NCBI GenBank assembly: GCA_001600815.1
Contig: BCKZ01000006.1
Coordinates: 434,001 to 498,000 of the forward strand
DNA: 64,000 nucleotides
DNA from: Alloascoidea hylecoeti
Lineage: Eukaryota
Direction: 5' to 3'
Below, one piece after another: positions 44,893 to 58,001 of the stretch. Within the stretch, counting starts at the first letter, position 1. The number at the start of each line of letters is the position of its first letter. The notes beneath the pieces were generated by a model. The model made no database searches. It was given only the letters and a program-made list of their open reading frames with translations, and was not told the origin of the DNA. The translations under genes and the position numbers were made by a program.

Positions 44893-45522
44893 ATGGGTGT
44901 ATGCTTATCTTGTCTGAAATCAGACGATGATGACGACCTACCTCAGGTATCTATCCGTACTTACTTATGCTGCTAAAGATGTTGTGGCTAATACTGACCG
45001 ACCACAAATAGAACAACAACAATGAGAGGACACCACTAATAAGCGACCCAAGTGCCGAGTGAGTACATAATACACGCTATACAACAACGCAGCCGACTAA
45101 TATCCAATTATAAGTTATTCCTACGAGGCCCAGAATATGGAACGGGACCAACAATTATCTAATATAGTCAACGAGACAGGCCAGTGAGTATTGTTTTTAT
45201 GTTGATACTCTTGAAAAAATCACTAATAGAAAACAGCAAGCTGATTGACGTGACATCCTACGCTCGTCTACGAATAAGCCCCACACAAACAGCAAGCACT
45301 TTTGCTGTTGACGACCTGAAAAGTGCACTTGAACATATGGAACCAAATATGAAAATAGAGCTGCCTCGGCCCCTGCCCCAAACCTCCCTTTCGGAGCTGG
45401 AACGATGCGCTTTGCGGGAAATAGCGTGCAAAATAGACACACTGTTGGGCCCCAAGCCTGTCATCCAGCAGGACCCCGCGGGAGGGTCCTTGATTCTGAA
45501 CTGCGAAGTTACCAGTCTTTAA
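44893..45522 (+). CDS. MEH1: Ego1/Meh1/LAMTOR1-like vacuolar anchor of the EGO/Ragulator complex, 4 exons
   Basis: Exons 44893-44946, 45012-45058, 45115-45183 and 45237-45522 in frame (151 aa): MGVCLSCLK (myristoyl/palmitoyl signal), ERTPLI dileucine-type motif, LSNIVNETGHKLIDVTS. Confidence 0.8.
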
Positions 45523-45660
45523 AATTATATACTTATAATTAATATTAATATCATGTTTTGAGTAAATTACAGACCGATTGTGTAAATGTGGTACTGGGAG
45601 TTTAGGCCCAAAACACACTGGCGACTTTTTTGTTAGCCAACCTCCAGAAATCTCAGGAAA

Positions 45661-47713
45661 ATGGCAAGTGACAAACGTAAGGCTGCCCACTCTCCAACCA
45701 CAGGAAGAAAAAGACAACGAAGGACTTCACGTGCAGAAAACGTATGTTTTACCCTCTTTTTAATGGTCGACGTGTCACCATCTCCATACTCTTGATTTCA
45801 TGTAGTTATTAATTGAATAAAGCGCGTAATGTTCAATGTCTAACCTTCCTCTTTAGCCTCTCCACACGTTTTTCTCCTCAGTGATCGATGTTGCACGCAA
45901 TCTATCCGATGGGTAAGTTCATCTGTTTTTCTTTTATCTGTTGCTTTGAATTAACATTAATATACTCCCTAGTTCAAGACCAATTGCAAGAGAATTCCTG
46001 AGGCTTCCTAGCAAAAAGCTTTATCCTGATTACTACATCCAGATCTCAAATCCTATATCCCTCCATGAAATCCAAAAAAAGATAACTGCTAATCTTTATC
46101 TCACTCCAGATGACTTACTTGATGATTTTAACCTTATGTCTGAAAATGCTTCGACTTACAATGAACCTTCTAGTGGAATCGCTCAAGATGCTAGAAAAAT
46201 ATATAAATTTATAAAAGATCAAGTCAAAGAGTTTAAACCTGATATTCCTCAAAAACCTGTTCTCAAAAGTAATAATTCCACAGATTCAAACGCTGGACTG
46301 ATGAAATCAGAAATGAAAAAAATTATTGATTATTTGGTCCATTATAAAGAAAACGGTTACGAAATTGCAGAAATATTCATGGATGTTCCAAGTAGGACTG
46401 ATTATCCAGACTACTATCAAATAATTAAAAAGGTTATCTGTTTCAACCAAATCTACTCAAAAATCAATTCTGGAGAATTTAAATCTTTAGATGATTTTGA
46501 AGAAGCAACATCATTAATCTTTCGAAACGCTCAGACTTATAATTTAAGTGGTAGTCTTGTTTATATTTATTCACAAACTCTTGAAAATCTATTTTCTACA
46601 AAACTAACTAAATTAAAGGGTAAATTTCCAAAATTAGTTAAGAATAATTTTACTGAACCTGTCGAAGAAGAGGAAATATTACCACCAAAATCATCTAAGA
46701 AGTCAAAAAATAAAAAGAATCCAGGAATTAAGATCAAATTGAATACTCTTCATTCTAAATCACCAGAAGGTACTAAAATAAAACTTAAATTAAGATCATT
46801 AAGGAAAGATGATACCCATGAGAAAAAACAAACTACACCAGAAAAAGAGGTTGATCTACTAAGTCCAATAGAAGTTCGAGAACAGGAACCACCGGTGAAG
46901 GTGAAACTCGCCTTAAAATCAAAAAATAAGAATCATAGCAAATTAAAGAAGCACAGAGAGTCAGTTAAATTGAAGGAAGAAATCATACCTGTTAAAGAGG
47001 ATACTGAAGTTATTGAACCTGAAGAAGTCGTTCCTACACCCCTCGAAATAGAGAATAAAGTTCCTGACACAGCTGAACCAATCGCCGAGATAGTTGACCA
47101 GCCCAATGAAATTGATAGTATCAACGAAGAAATCATTGAGGTAGTGGAAGAAGAAGATGAGGCCCCTACAGATCCCAATAAACGTTCAAAAGATAAAACT
47201 CCTCTTGATGCATATATTCAAGAAGTTGGGATATCTTCAACTAGGCATTTGACTAAAGGGCATAATAAAATAAATGGTAATTCTAATGCTGTTGGATCAA
47301 TGCAAGAATTATTTGAATATAGATTTATTGCTGATGACTATATTCAACGGTCTTATGTTTTATCGTTACACCCACAAAGTAATATGATTAGTATACGCAC
47401 AACTTTAAATGAGTCATTACTAGGTCGTCCTTATAATTTTGTCGTTTCTTTAAATCACGAACGTGCAAATCCATTACCAAATTATCATTATAAAGAAGGT
47501 GATCCATCTACAACCTTAAAAGTTCAATATGAATTACGTTTGAACCCAGGTTTAAATCTAATTGAATTTTTAATTCAAGTGGCTCCGCCTATTCATAGAG
47601 GAGCGTCATTACCTGTACGACAAACTGTTCAGCATAGTATTCAAAATCAGAATTTTACGGGTGATAGTACTGAATTTGAAAAGTACACATTCTGGGTACA
47701 GGCTACTTTCTAG
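45661..47713 (+). CDS. RSC4: Tandem-bromodomain RSC subunit (Rsc4-like), 3 exons
   Basis: Exons 45661-45741, 45857-45912 and 45973-47713 in frame; two bromodomains ('FLRLPSKKLYPDYY', 'FMDVPSRTDYPDYYQII...NAQTYN'); no BAH domain seen. Confidence 0.8.
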
Positions 47714-48161
47714 ATTCCTTTTCCCCGCACCTTTATATATAAACTATTCTTCTATACAGACACACATATATATATGTATATTCCTTTCCCTTACCAATAA
47801 GGTAGGTAATGTCAAATCTTGATACTAGCTCTGAGAATATTTTTGATTATTTAAGTAAGTCTTATTATTATGTAAATCTAATGTATTTTTAATTTTTAAT
47901 TATATAATTATAAAAAGATCATTGAATTGACATCTGTAATTATCATATCTTATCTGATCATGATATATGGAGCTAGATGCCTTATAAGAAGAGCAAATTA
48001 AATATGAGTAGAAGAGCAACTAAGCTTTCTTTACGGGTATAGGCCTTATCTTCCAAATTTAAAATTCTCGCTCCAATTAATTTTTCATAGTGCATCCGGG
48101 TAACTCCTAGTGTAAAAATTCACAACTCTTTCTTAGTCTCGTTTCATTCAGATTTATAAAC

Positions 48162-51100
48162 ATGGCTTCGAGGGGAGACTTGCCATCAGGAAGTACGACA
48201 GAAAGACAATCTTACAATGCTTCGGATCTTCTTTTTTATAGTCACCATGATTCTGGGAATGATACCGATGAAACCGAAACTTTAGCGTCTGATACTGAGT
48301 CTTCATTTGGTGGATCAATCGCCCCCACCAACAGTATACAAGCAGATACGGAATTCGATCTAGAGCAATATGCTGATGACAGTGAAATTGGTGATGCCTC
48401 TGATACTCATGATGATAGAATATCCTGCTCGTAAGCACTTTGTTAAACCAATCTTTAAACCTTACCCAAACTAATTCATATTTATTTAGCTACTGTGGGA
48501 TTCACAATCCACAATGCTTAGTTCGTTGTATTAACTGCGATAAGTGGTTTTGTAATGGGCGAGGAAATAATAGTTGCTCTCATATTGTTCACCATTTGAT
48601 ACTGGCAAGACATAAGGTGAGCATTCCTTAACTCACTAAAATTTTATGCTATGCATACGAAATTCCTAACACATGAGTATTATTATAGATGGTTGCCCTT
48701 CATCCAGATTCTGACTTTGGCGATAGTGTTTTGGAATGTTATCAATCAGGGAACAAAAATATTTTCAGTTTAGGTTACGTCTCTGCAAAATCAGATACAT
48801 TTGTTGTGCTATTATCAAGAAATGCAAGTACAACTAGTGCAGCCAAAAACATGGATTGGGATGTGAGCAAGTGGCAACCTCTAATAGAAAATCGTCAATT
48901 TTTATCATGGATTGCTAATGTTCCTTCAGAAGAGGAAGAAATTAGAGCTCGACATATTACAGCTTCTCAAATCATCAAACTGGAGGAGCTTTGGAAAGAA
49001 AATAGAGATGCCACAATTGATGATATCCAAGATCAGGCTGATGAAGAAGAGCCAGCTCCGGTACTTTTAAGATACAGTGATGCTTATGAATACCAACGAT
49101 GTTTTGGACCCCTTGTAAAAATTGAGGCTGATTACGATAGAAAGCTAAAGGAGGCCCAAGAACAAATCAACATTACAGTTAGTTGGGCTATCGGGTTGAA
49201 CAATAAACATTTGGCATCTTTTACTCTTTCAGGTTATGAATCAACAGAGCTAAAAATAGCCGTAGGTGATGAGATGATATTAAACTACCAGAGTAATCTC
49301 GATCATCCATGGTCTTGTAATGGATATGTTGTGAAAGTTCCCAACGCATTTTCTGAAGAATTTACACTTGAGATGAAACCAAGCCCAAAACCTGTTCCTG
49401 TGAAGTGTACTACAAATTTCACTGTAAGCTTTGTTTGGAAAGGTACTTCATATGAAAGAATGCAGGAAGCAATGAAAGTTTTTGCAGTAGATCAAGCATC
49501 GGTTTCTGGTTATATTTACCATAAACTTCTTGGGCATGAGATTGCACCAATTGAAATAAAAACAGAACTCCCAAGTGCCTTTTCAATAGCTGGATTTCCG
49601 GAATTGAACATTTCACAAGCTAATGCTGTTAGAAGTGTTTTACAAAGACCATTATCTTTAATTCAAGGTCCCCCAGGAACAGGAAAGACCGTGACATCAG
49701 CTACAATTGTATATCACCTCACCAAGACACACAATGATCAAGTATTCGTTTGTGCACCTTCGAATGTTGCAGTTGATCATTTGGCAGAAAAGCTTCATAA
49801 TTTAGGATTAAAGGTAGTTCGAATCATGGCTAGAAGTCGTGAAGATGTTGAAAGTTCTGTACCTTTCCTTTCTCTCTCATCCCAGATACACGCTGCTGCC
49901 AGCTCAGGTTCACACTTTTCAGAATTGAAAAAGTTGTTACAACTGAAAAAAGAAGTAGGGGAATTGTCTTTAGCAGATGAAAAGAAATATTTAAAACTTC
50001 TCAGAGCAGCTGAACGAAAAATCCTAGATAAAGCAGATGTAGTTTGTTGTACATGTATTGGTGCCGGTGATCGTCGATTGAGTGGGAGAAGGTTTAGAAC
50101 AGTTTTGATTGATGAAAGTACACAAGCTGCAGAACCAGAATGCATTATACCTTTAGTTATGGGGTGTAAGCAGGTAATTTTTGTGGGTGATCACAGACAA
50201 TTGGGCCCAGTTATTTTGAACAAGAAAGCTGGGAATGCAGGACTTAAACAGTCTTTGTTTGAAAGACTTATTATTCTTGGTCATGTTCCGATTCGTCTTA
50301 CTGTTCAATACCGTATGCATCCAGCTTTAAGTGAATTCCCAAGTAATATGTTTTATGAGGGTAGTTTACAAAATGGAGTTACAGTGGAAGAACGGACAAT
50401 TCCAGCATCTAAATTCCCCTGGCCAATACCAGATTGCCCAATGATGTTTTGGTCTAACGTTGGTCGAGAAGAAATGTCCAATAGTGGTACCAGTTACTTG
50501 AATCGTGTCGAGTCTATGAATTGTGAGCGGATTATTACTAAATTCTTTGAAGAGGGTATTAAACCTGAACAGATCGGTGTCATCACCCCATACGAAGGAC
50601 AGAGAGCATACATCAGTCAATATATGCAATCAAATGGATCCCTTAGCGGCGAAATATATGCTAAAGTTGAAGTTGCATCAGTTGATGCTTTTCAAGGTCG
50701 AGAGAAGGATTATATTGTACTCTCCTGTGTAAGGTCTAACGACCAACAGACTATTGGATTTTTAAGTGATCCTCGAAGATTGAATGTGGCTTTGACAAGA
50801 GCAAAATATGGTCTTGTTATTCTTGGTAATCCTGTGGCACTTTGTAAAAATCCATTATGGCATCATCTTCTGGTTCATTTTAGAGAAAAGGGAAATTTAG
50901 TTGAAGGACAATTAGATAATTTGCAACCTTGTATGGTTCAATTAGGACGTGCTAGAGCTTTCCGTCCTAATAATAATTCTAGGACATTTAGTTTTGCTGA
51001 AAGCTCCACTACTGGTGAAAATACAAGTGGAAATACATCGGACTTTGATACTGCTAGTTTGGTCAGCTTTGTTCCCGATAATTTTGGATCACAGAATTAT

Positions 51101-51343
51101 AAGATTCCTTCTGGATTTCCACCAAATTATTTACAACAAACTAACTTTTCCGAAGCATGGCCATCATTAGGAAAAGCCAAGGAGAAGGAGGATGCTAATG
51201 TTTTTGGGAGTAGCAGAAGTATGGGGAATAGTCTTAGTGAAAGACTAAACAAATATGTTGAATCAACACGACATGATAAGACAAAAATAGATGATGATGT
51301 CAGGAGTATTAGTACGGCTTTTGCTAGTCAACTTGGAATTTAA
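48162..51343 (+). CDS. NAM7: Upf1 NMD RNA helicase, 3 exons
   Basis: Exons 48162-48430, 48490-48616 and 48689-51343 in frame; CH zinc domain (CSYCG, KWFCN), [25 protein letters not shown]. Confidence 0.97.
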
Positions 51344-52837
51344 ATTTGTCTGGTTTGGGAACTAAGGTGAACCACAGACCTATTGTAAGCCGTTTTATAA
51401 GGAAATGATTTGTTCCTTCCAATGACTCCTATTTCGTCTATATTTCGGCGGTAGAGAAAATAATGATTATAAAATATATGGGGTTTGACATATATTACCG
51501 CTAGCTATAACCGAAAACAACTCCGATTAAATAGCTATAGCCATGCATTGTTGAATTTGAATTTAGTTTCAAATATTATCCATATTATCATGTTTACACA
51601 ATATTAATAGTTGGAGTACTTTGAGCAAAGTTCAAATATAATCTAAAGTTATAATCATTCATGTGCTGAACTGAACTAGTTGTAAATAACTTTATTATAA
51701 ACTCTATAATTAGTGATAACATAGATTACGGTATATGGCAACTACTATATGCTACTATACGGTTAAGAGTTGTAAACCTTCTTATTGACCTTTCCTTTTA
51801 CTTCCAATTGCAAAGATATAGGCCTATTTGATCTTCCACGGTAATGTATAACTAGTATTTCGTAAACACGCGCGGTTACATTTTGTAAACATCAGCAATA
51901 TTCACAGCGGGTTGATGTTGGAAAATAGCGTTGTTCAAAAAAGGATCCATATTTTAATTTTGTTTACAATAAGACTGTAATTAAAGGTAATAATGAGGGA
52001 ATAATATGAAACAACAAATTAAGATGTAACATGATATCGCGATCATGACCCAATGCTTATCAAGGTTTCCCATCTTGTAAGTCATGGTCGATCTACATAC
52101 AAATACAAATCAAAAATATAAGTCATTTAAAGAGGGCTTATAAATAATTAGAAAGTAGATTCAAAATTCACATTTGGTGACAAAGCTTGAAAATCCTAAA
52201 TACATTGCGTGGATTATCAATTGCAATTGCGCTATGGTTTTTGTTGTGATATGCACACATTATTATTATAAAAGTTGAACTTTACCGTGAAATCTATTCA
52301 AAACTTAAGTTTAAATCACATATGCATAAAAGGTACATAAATGTAAACAAAAATAGAACATGATGGGTACAAGATCTCTATTACATTTATACTATACGCT
52401 AAAGTTACGCAAATTCAATAATTTATCAATAAATAAAAGGAATAAGATACTCAAAAGAGGTTTAAATTTACAAAGATATTGAAAATATGAATCTACAGAA
52501 GTCTTTAATTAGGTTATATTAAAAAAATATACTTTTGATCTAATGTATATACTACCTAGTAACGTCTATAGAGTTAAGAGTAGAAAAATCAGAACAAGAA
52601 AAAGCAAATTAAAGACATTGAAACAATTACAAGAAAAAGCAAATTAGGGGCGTTGGGAAAACAAAACATTATTAAAATACAAATGAAGTCATATATAGAT
52701 GCAAAGCAAAAAAAAAAGTATTATAGTAGAAAGACAAATTGTCAATGACTAAAAGCTCATTAAATTTAGATACTGTCCTTGTTGACATTAGTATGATATG
52801 AGAATGTAAGATATGATCATACGAAGATCAAGTGTAA

Positions 52838-53995
52838 TTAAGGTCTAGCATTACCTCTTGATGTGGTAAAACTGGGTCTACAATCGTCATTATCTGTGTT
52901 TGATTCCAGATCTGCATCTGGATTAGTGACTTGTAGGACTTTCCGAGTATAGTCATATTCATCTTGTAAACTACCTCTTGAGTTGTTGTCATCCAAATTC
53001 ATAAAGATTTTCTTAGGATCTAAACGTTGATCCACGGGGGTTTGCATAAAATGTATTAAACTGGAGCCCCCAGTGACATCAGAAGCCAATTGCTTGTGGG
53101 AACCATTTTGATTTTGATCTGGAGGAAGTGGGCCAGATTCGCTCTGTAGGTTTCTCTGTTTTTTCTTGTTTCGGTGAAGTAGGAAAAAAACGAGCGCTGC
53201 TATCATGCAGACCACAACTATCGCTACTACTGTGAAAACACCTGCCACCGCACCCTTGTTATTCAAGAATCCGGATTTTGAGTTAGATGACGACGCTGAC
53301 GATGGTGACGACGTGGGAGAGACTGTAAAAGTTGAGGTAGGTTGTGTTGTGATGTATTTCGTAGAGACCACACCATCAGCATTAGTAGTTGTTGAAATGT
53401 AAGAAGTGATCCACATTGTCGATGATGATGATGATGATCCAAATCTGGGACTTGAAGTTGGACTTGGACTTGAAGCTGAGGCAGAACGAGAAGTTGAACT
53501 TAATGTAGTAGAAGAAGAGGTTGAAATTGAAGTTAATGAACTAGTAGAGCCTGAACTAGAGATAGAAGCTGAACTAGAGGTTGAGGTGGTAGTAGAACCA
53601 GAAGTTGAAGATGAAGTTGCTTTTGTGGTTGAAGACGATGAACCGGAAGACTCTTCTTGTGTTCCACTTGGAGTAGATAGCAACAAATAAGCATATAAAC
53701 CTTTTTTGACGTTTCCACACTGATCCTGGCTGTATCCGGGACAGTTGTCGCTGCAATCCGAAACATCTGTGGTATCTGAGGGTGTGTAGTCGGAACACCA
53801 ACAGGATTTGTTCAGCAATATGGCATAGGCATAGCCTTGACAAGTCTGTTCGCAGAGGCCATTTGACTGGTATATCGAGACCGAAGCCGAGGTGGAACCT
53901 GTGTTTTTGGAGGAGCACAAGTCCACGCTAGCCCTGACTCCGGTAAGCAGCAGGAATAGCAAAGGTAACAGCAAGAAATCCAAGTTCTGGCACAT
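52838..53995 (-). CDS. SLG1: WSC-family cell-wall stress sensor
   Basis: Signal peptide, Cys-rich WSC domain, Ser/Thr stalk, single TM helix, tail 'VDQRLDP...SLQDEYDYTRKVLQVTNPD'. Confidence 0.9.
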   Translation of the reverse strand: MCQNLDFLLLPLLFLLLTGVRASVDLCSSKNTGSTSASVSIYQSNGLCEQTCQGYAYAILLNKSCWCSDYTPSDTTDVSDCSDNCPGYSQDQCGNVKKGLYAYLLLSTPSGTQEESSGSSSSTTKATSSSTSGSTTTSTSSSASISSSGSTSSLTSISTSSSTTLSSTSRSASASSPSPTSSPRFGSSSSSSTMWITSYISTTTNADGVVSTKYITTQPTSTFTVSPTSSPSSASSSNSKSGFLNNKGAVAGVFTVVAIVVVCMIAALVFFLLHRNKKKQRNLQSESGPLPPDQNQNGSHKQLASDVTGGSSLIHFMQTPVDQRLDPKKIFMNLDDNNSRGSLQDEYDYTRKVLQVTNPDADLESNTDNDDCRPSFTTSRGNARP

Positions 53996-54211
53996 TTATT
54001 GTTTGTTTTGAAATGTTTATGTCCGCAGATTTATTATTAGCACAGGGCGTGCTCAGGAATACAATTTCGTGCTGAAGATTACTATCACACATAATCGGAC
54101 CGGGTTCTACGCGGGACCAGAGCGTGCTGCGTAACTGTCAGCACCTCCTCCCCCTCAGCAACAAACTGGAGTATTTCACCAGAAAACACTCTTTGAAAGT
54201 CGAAGGAAAAA

Positions 54212-56986
54212 ATGTCGTCCCAGTTTCCCGGATTGTCTTCACGATCCTCGTCCAACATCGCAGTGCCATCCGCCCCCATGGCGGCCGCCCCCCTGGCCAT
54301 GAACAGGCCGGCCTCCGCGAAGGCGTCGCTGTATCAGGTCTGTCTCAACTTTCGGGACAGATTATACCAGGTGCCTGGCATCCAACCCTACCTGGAGTCC
54401 GCAAAGGTGATCCCCAACACCCAGGTGCTGGCTATAGGGGCCCTGCCTGAGCCCATGTCTGTTGATGTTGTCACTCTCGTCGCTCGTTTCTTTCAGTCTG
54501 GGTCTGGTCTTTGCTTTCTGATAAACGTTCTTATACCAGAGGAGCAAGTCAAAGTGGTCGTGTCTGATGATATCAAATTGTGTAAGCGATCCGTCTACAA
54601 CTTCATCCAGGCATGCACCTCCAAACTATCCTACAACCTGGAGGATCTGTTCACTCTTTCACAGGTCTTTTCTATGGAAACCGCAAACATCTTGATCTGC
54701 ATTAAAGCTGTTTCGTCTTTACTGGACACAATGCAAAGCCGCGGCCTACTCCTTCCAAAAGAAGAAGCCTTACACAACTTCGACGACGATATTAAGCAAT
54801 TATTCGAACACGAACAGTCTTTAAATATACCTCCCCCACAAAAAGATCCAGATGCAAGGAAAAGAGTGGTTAGAGAGATACTGGAAACCGAACGAAAATA
54901 TGTTCAGGATCTAGATGTCATGTCTGACTATAAAGCTCAATTAGATTCCTCGAAAATGTTTCTGGTTGATACTGTAAGTAGTTTGTTTCCTAATTTAAAT
55001 ACAATTCTTGATTTTCAAAGACGTTTCCTTATTGGAATGGAACTGAATGCATCTTTGCCTCCAAGATTACAACGATTCGGTTCTCTATTTTTGGAAACAA
55101 GTAAAGAATTTAGTCAATATGAAGCATTTTCCTTGAATCAAAAAATCGCAATCGATATTATCACAAAAGAAGCCTCAAAACTGCGTATAGCTTCAAGTCT
55201 GATCGACCCATCTTATGAATTACAATCTTTCCTTATTAAACCAGTACAACGGTTGTGTAAATACCCTTTACTTTTACGAGAGTTAATCAAATATACTGAT
55301 GTTTCATGGCCTTATTATGAAGAACTGGTTGAAGGTAGAAAAGAAATTATGAAAGTTACCGAAATCGTCAATGAATTACAACGTATAAGTGAAAATCGAG
55401 CCGCCTTAGAATCCCTAAAGGAAAAAGTGGTCAATTGGAAAAACTACACCGTTGAAGGTTGCGGTGAACTATTACATCATGATACTGTAAAAGTTGTTAG
55501 TAGAGATAGAGATGAAGAAGAATTACAAGTTTATCTATTGGAAGATATGATCTTTCTTTTTAGAGAAGTAAATCCGAATACCAAGAAAAGTTCTGCTAGC
55601 AAGAAACGGCCGTCACATAGCCATAATTCAGCTAACTCAGTATTTACATTGGTCGGGAGAGTCGTCGTCGATAGTATCAAAGGAATAGAAACAAATACAG
55701 AGCCAATCATTACAAAGTCTGGAAAGACAAATTTATATGAAATCTCAATATTAATAAATGGTATGCAAGGAGAATTTGTTCAGAAATTTAGGTTCAAAAA
55801 TGAAGAAACATTTAAACAGTGGGAAGATACATTACAAAGATTAATCGAAACAAAAGAAGAAGCATTAGCGCAACTTCAAGCTCAAAAGGCAGCATATAAT
55901 CAACAACAACAGCAGCAACAACAGCAGCAACAAGCCAGATCTTCAAAACCACTACCTCCTCAACCTCCAATGTTGAAAACTTCATTTAACACCAAGGAAA
56001 AAGATGATTATCAACAGAGTCGGTATTCACCAGGGGAATCACCGCTAAATGGATACAGACCCAATAGAATAAGTTCTAATGATCCCAATATGCGATCACA
56101 ACAACAACAGCAACAACTACAGCCTCAACATAATTATCAAGCACCTCCTTTAACAAAGTCTTTATCAACTACCGGACAACAACAATTCCAGCAGCCTCCA
56201 AATTTCCAACAATATGATTTTAGAGGTCGATCCGCCAGTCAGCCCAATATTCTTGCTCATGGTATTCCTAATGTGAGTGGATATTCCAATGGCTCAACTG
56301 AAGGTCCCCATGGGGTTCATGCAAATGCACCTCCTCTGCCACCGATACCTACAAGAATAAAATCTAACATTGACCTAGGTCAGCAATTTAGAAATGGAAG
56401 TATACCCCCATCTTTACCTCCTCCACAACCTCCTCAAAATACATTAAGGGCTAATTATAGTCTTGGAAGAGGTAGCAGTATTGCAAATATTTCTCAAACA
56501 CATTCAAATACTTCATCAGTTTCCTCAATATCAAACAATCCAAGTGCGCACGGTTCATCGAGTGGCTTAACAAATGATACCACTTTATCGACAATCACCC
56601 CAATGAATACACAAAATTCATCAGAATATTATGGTGGTGGTACACCTTCTACAATATCTTCTGGCTCACAAGCAACTGTTCTTTCGACATTAGTACCAAA
56701 TAGTGAACAAAACCAAGTTCATACTAAATTGAGATTTGAAAATGATACATTTACTTTAATTATTGCAAAAAATATTACCTTTCAAGATTTAAAAGCAAAA
56801 GTTGAAAAGAAAATTAAATCTCGTCTATTAACATTACCTTCAAATCCAAAAATTAAATATGAAGATGAAGATGGTGATCGTGTAATTCTTCAATCTGATG
56901 ATGATATCCTTATGGCTATCGATATGATTAGAGAACTAGCGGCAGATGCTAATGGACAACCTGTTTTAACATTGTGGTATATATGA
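54212..56986 (+). CDS. CDC24: Cdc42 guanine-nucleotide exchange factor
   Basis: CH-like N-terminus, DH ('EILETERKYVQDL', 'LIKPVQRLCKYPLLL'), PH, polyQ linker, C-terminal PB1 ('KIKYEDEDGD'). Confidence 0.93.
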   Translation: MSSQFPGLSSRSSSNIAVPSAPMAAAPLAMNRPASAKASLYQVCLNFRDRLYQVPGIQPYLESAKVIPNTQVLAIGALPEPMSVDVVTLVARFFQSGSGLCFLINVLIPEEQVKVVVSDDIKLCKRSVYNFIQACTSKLSYNLEDLFTLSQVFSMETANILICIKAVSSLLDTMQSRGLLLPKEEALHNFDDDIKQLFEHEQSLNIPPPQKDPDARKRVVREILETERKYVQDLDVMSDYKAQLDSSKMFLVDTVSSLFPNLNTILDFQRRFLIGMELNASLPPRLQRFGSLFLETSKEFSQYEAFSLNQKIAIDIITKEASKLRIASSLIDPSYELQSFLIKPVQRLCKYPLLLRELIKYTDVSWPYYEELVEGRKEIMKVTEIVNELQRISENRAALESLKEKVVNWKNYTVEGCGELLHHDTVKVVSRDRDEEELQVYLLEDMIFLFREVNPNTKKSSASKKRPSHSHNSANSVFTLVGRVVVDSIKGIETNTEPIITKSGKTNLYEISILINGMQGEFVQKFRFKNEETFKQWEDTLQRLIETKEEALAQLQAQKAAYNQQQQQQQQQQQARSSKPLPPQPPMLKTSFNTKEKDDYQQSRYSPGESPLNGYRPNRISSNDPNMRSQQQQQQLQPQHNYQAPPLTKSLSTTGQQQFQQPPNFQQYDFRGRSASQPNILAHGIPNVSGYSNGSTEGPHGVHANAPPLPPIPTRIKSNIDLGQQFRNGSIPPSLPPPQPPQNTLRANYSLGRGSSIANISQTHSNTSSVSSISNNPSAHGSSSGLTNDTTLSTITPMNTQNSSEYYGGGTPSTISSGSQATVLSTLVPNSEQNQVHTKLRFENDTFTLIIAKNITFQDLKAKVEKKIKSRLLTLPSNPKIKYEDEDGDRVILQSDDDILMAIDMIRELAADANGQPVLTLWYI

Positions 56987-58001
56987 TAATATGGTATTCG
57001 TCATTGTAGAGGAGTAACAATGTTATGAATCTAATAAACTTTTGGTTCTGTTTAAGACTCTGATTTGTATGGAAAGTTTTGGTAAAAACATTCTCGTCTA
57101 CTTAAAGAAAATTTTATATATCTTCTTTTTTTTTCCTTTGTGTTATATTTATAATTGTTATGGTTTGTTCTTTTTGTTATTGTCTTTTTTATTTTGATGG
57201 CCCATATCAATTTAATAGTTTTGATTTTTGCTCTCAATGCTCTGATATATATTGTTACTTATTTTTTTTTATTTACATTGATATTTGACCTTAACTCATC
57301 TATTATGAAAAAGGTCATTTGAAATGAAAGATAGAACTGTTGTTTTGTTTTCATTAATGCGATATAAATACACCGGTATCCCTTACAATAACTAAAGTCC
57401 ATCAGCCATACCTCTATATATGATGTTTTTCATATCCGTGCGTGTTCCAAGCTTTCAATTATAAGAATCTAATTTTATAATTAATAAAAGTCGGTTGATT
57501 CAGAAATCGACATGAACTAATGTCCCTTTGTTCCTGACTACTTTCCACCGCTTTATGCTATGCTGAGTTAGGTTACAAATAGTTCAATAATTACCCTTTT
57601 AATATAAAGTTCATATATGTAGAATATACTATAATAGCCTTACAACTATAACTTTTTAGTGATCATACATGTTTCAGCTTAACACTAATTTCGTATGCTT
57701 AAGCTTAATTGTATCTGTACTTGAAATTTTATCTCTTATTATTAGCAACTTGTTAATTAAGATAGATAAATTCATTTATAATCTGTTAGGATCTTACCAC
57801 AAGCTTCTTACTATTATAGTATTTATTAATATTGTAATTACTTTTGACAATATGGACTTATCATGATTGCGACTGGTATTCAACCTAAAGTCTTATACGA
57901 GTCAGACTAAAACAATACAGAGACAAACGGATTAAATAATGTAATGAACAATAGTTGTAAGTAAATGTTATTTTATTATATTATGCTTGCATTTTATGTG
58001 A

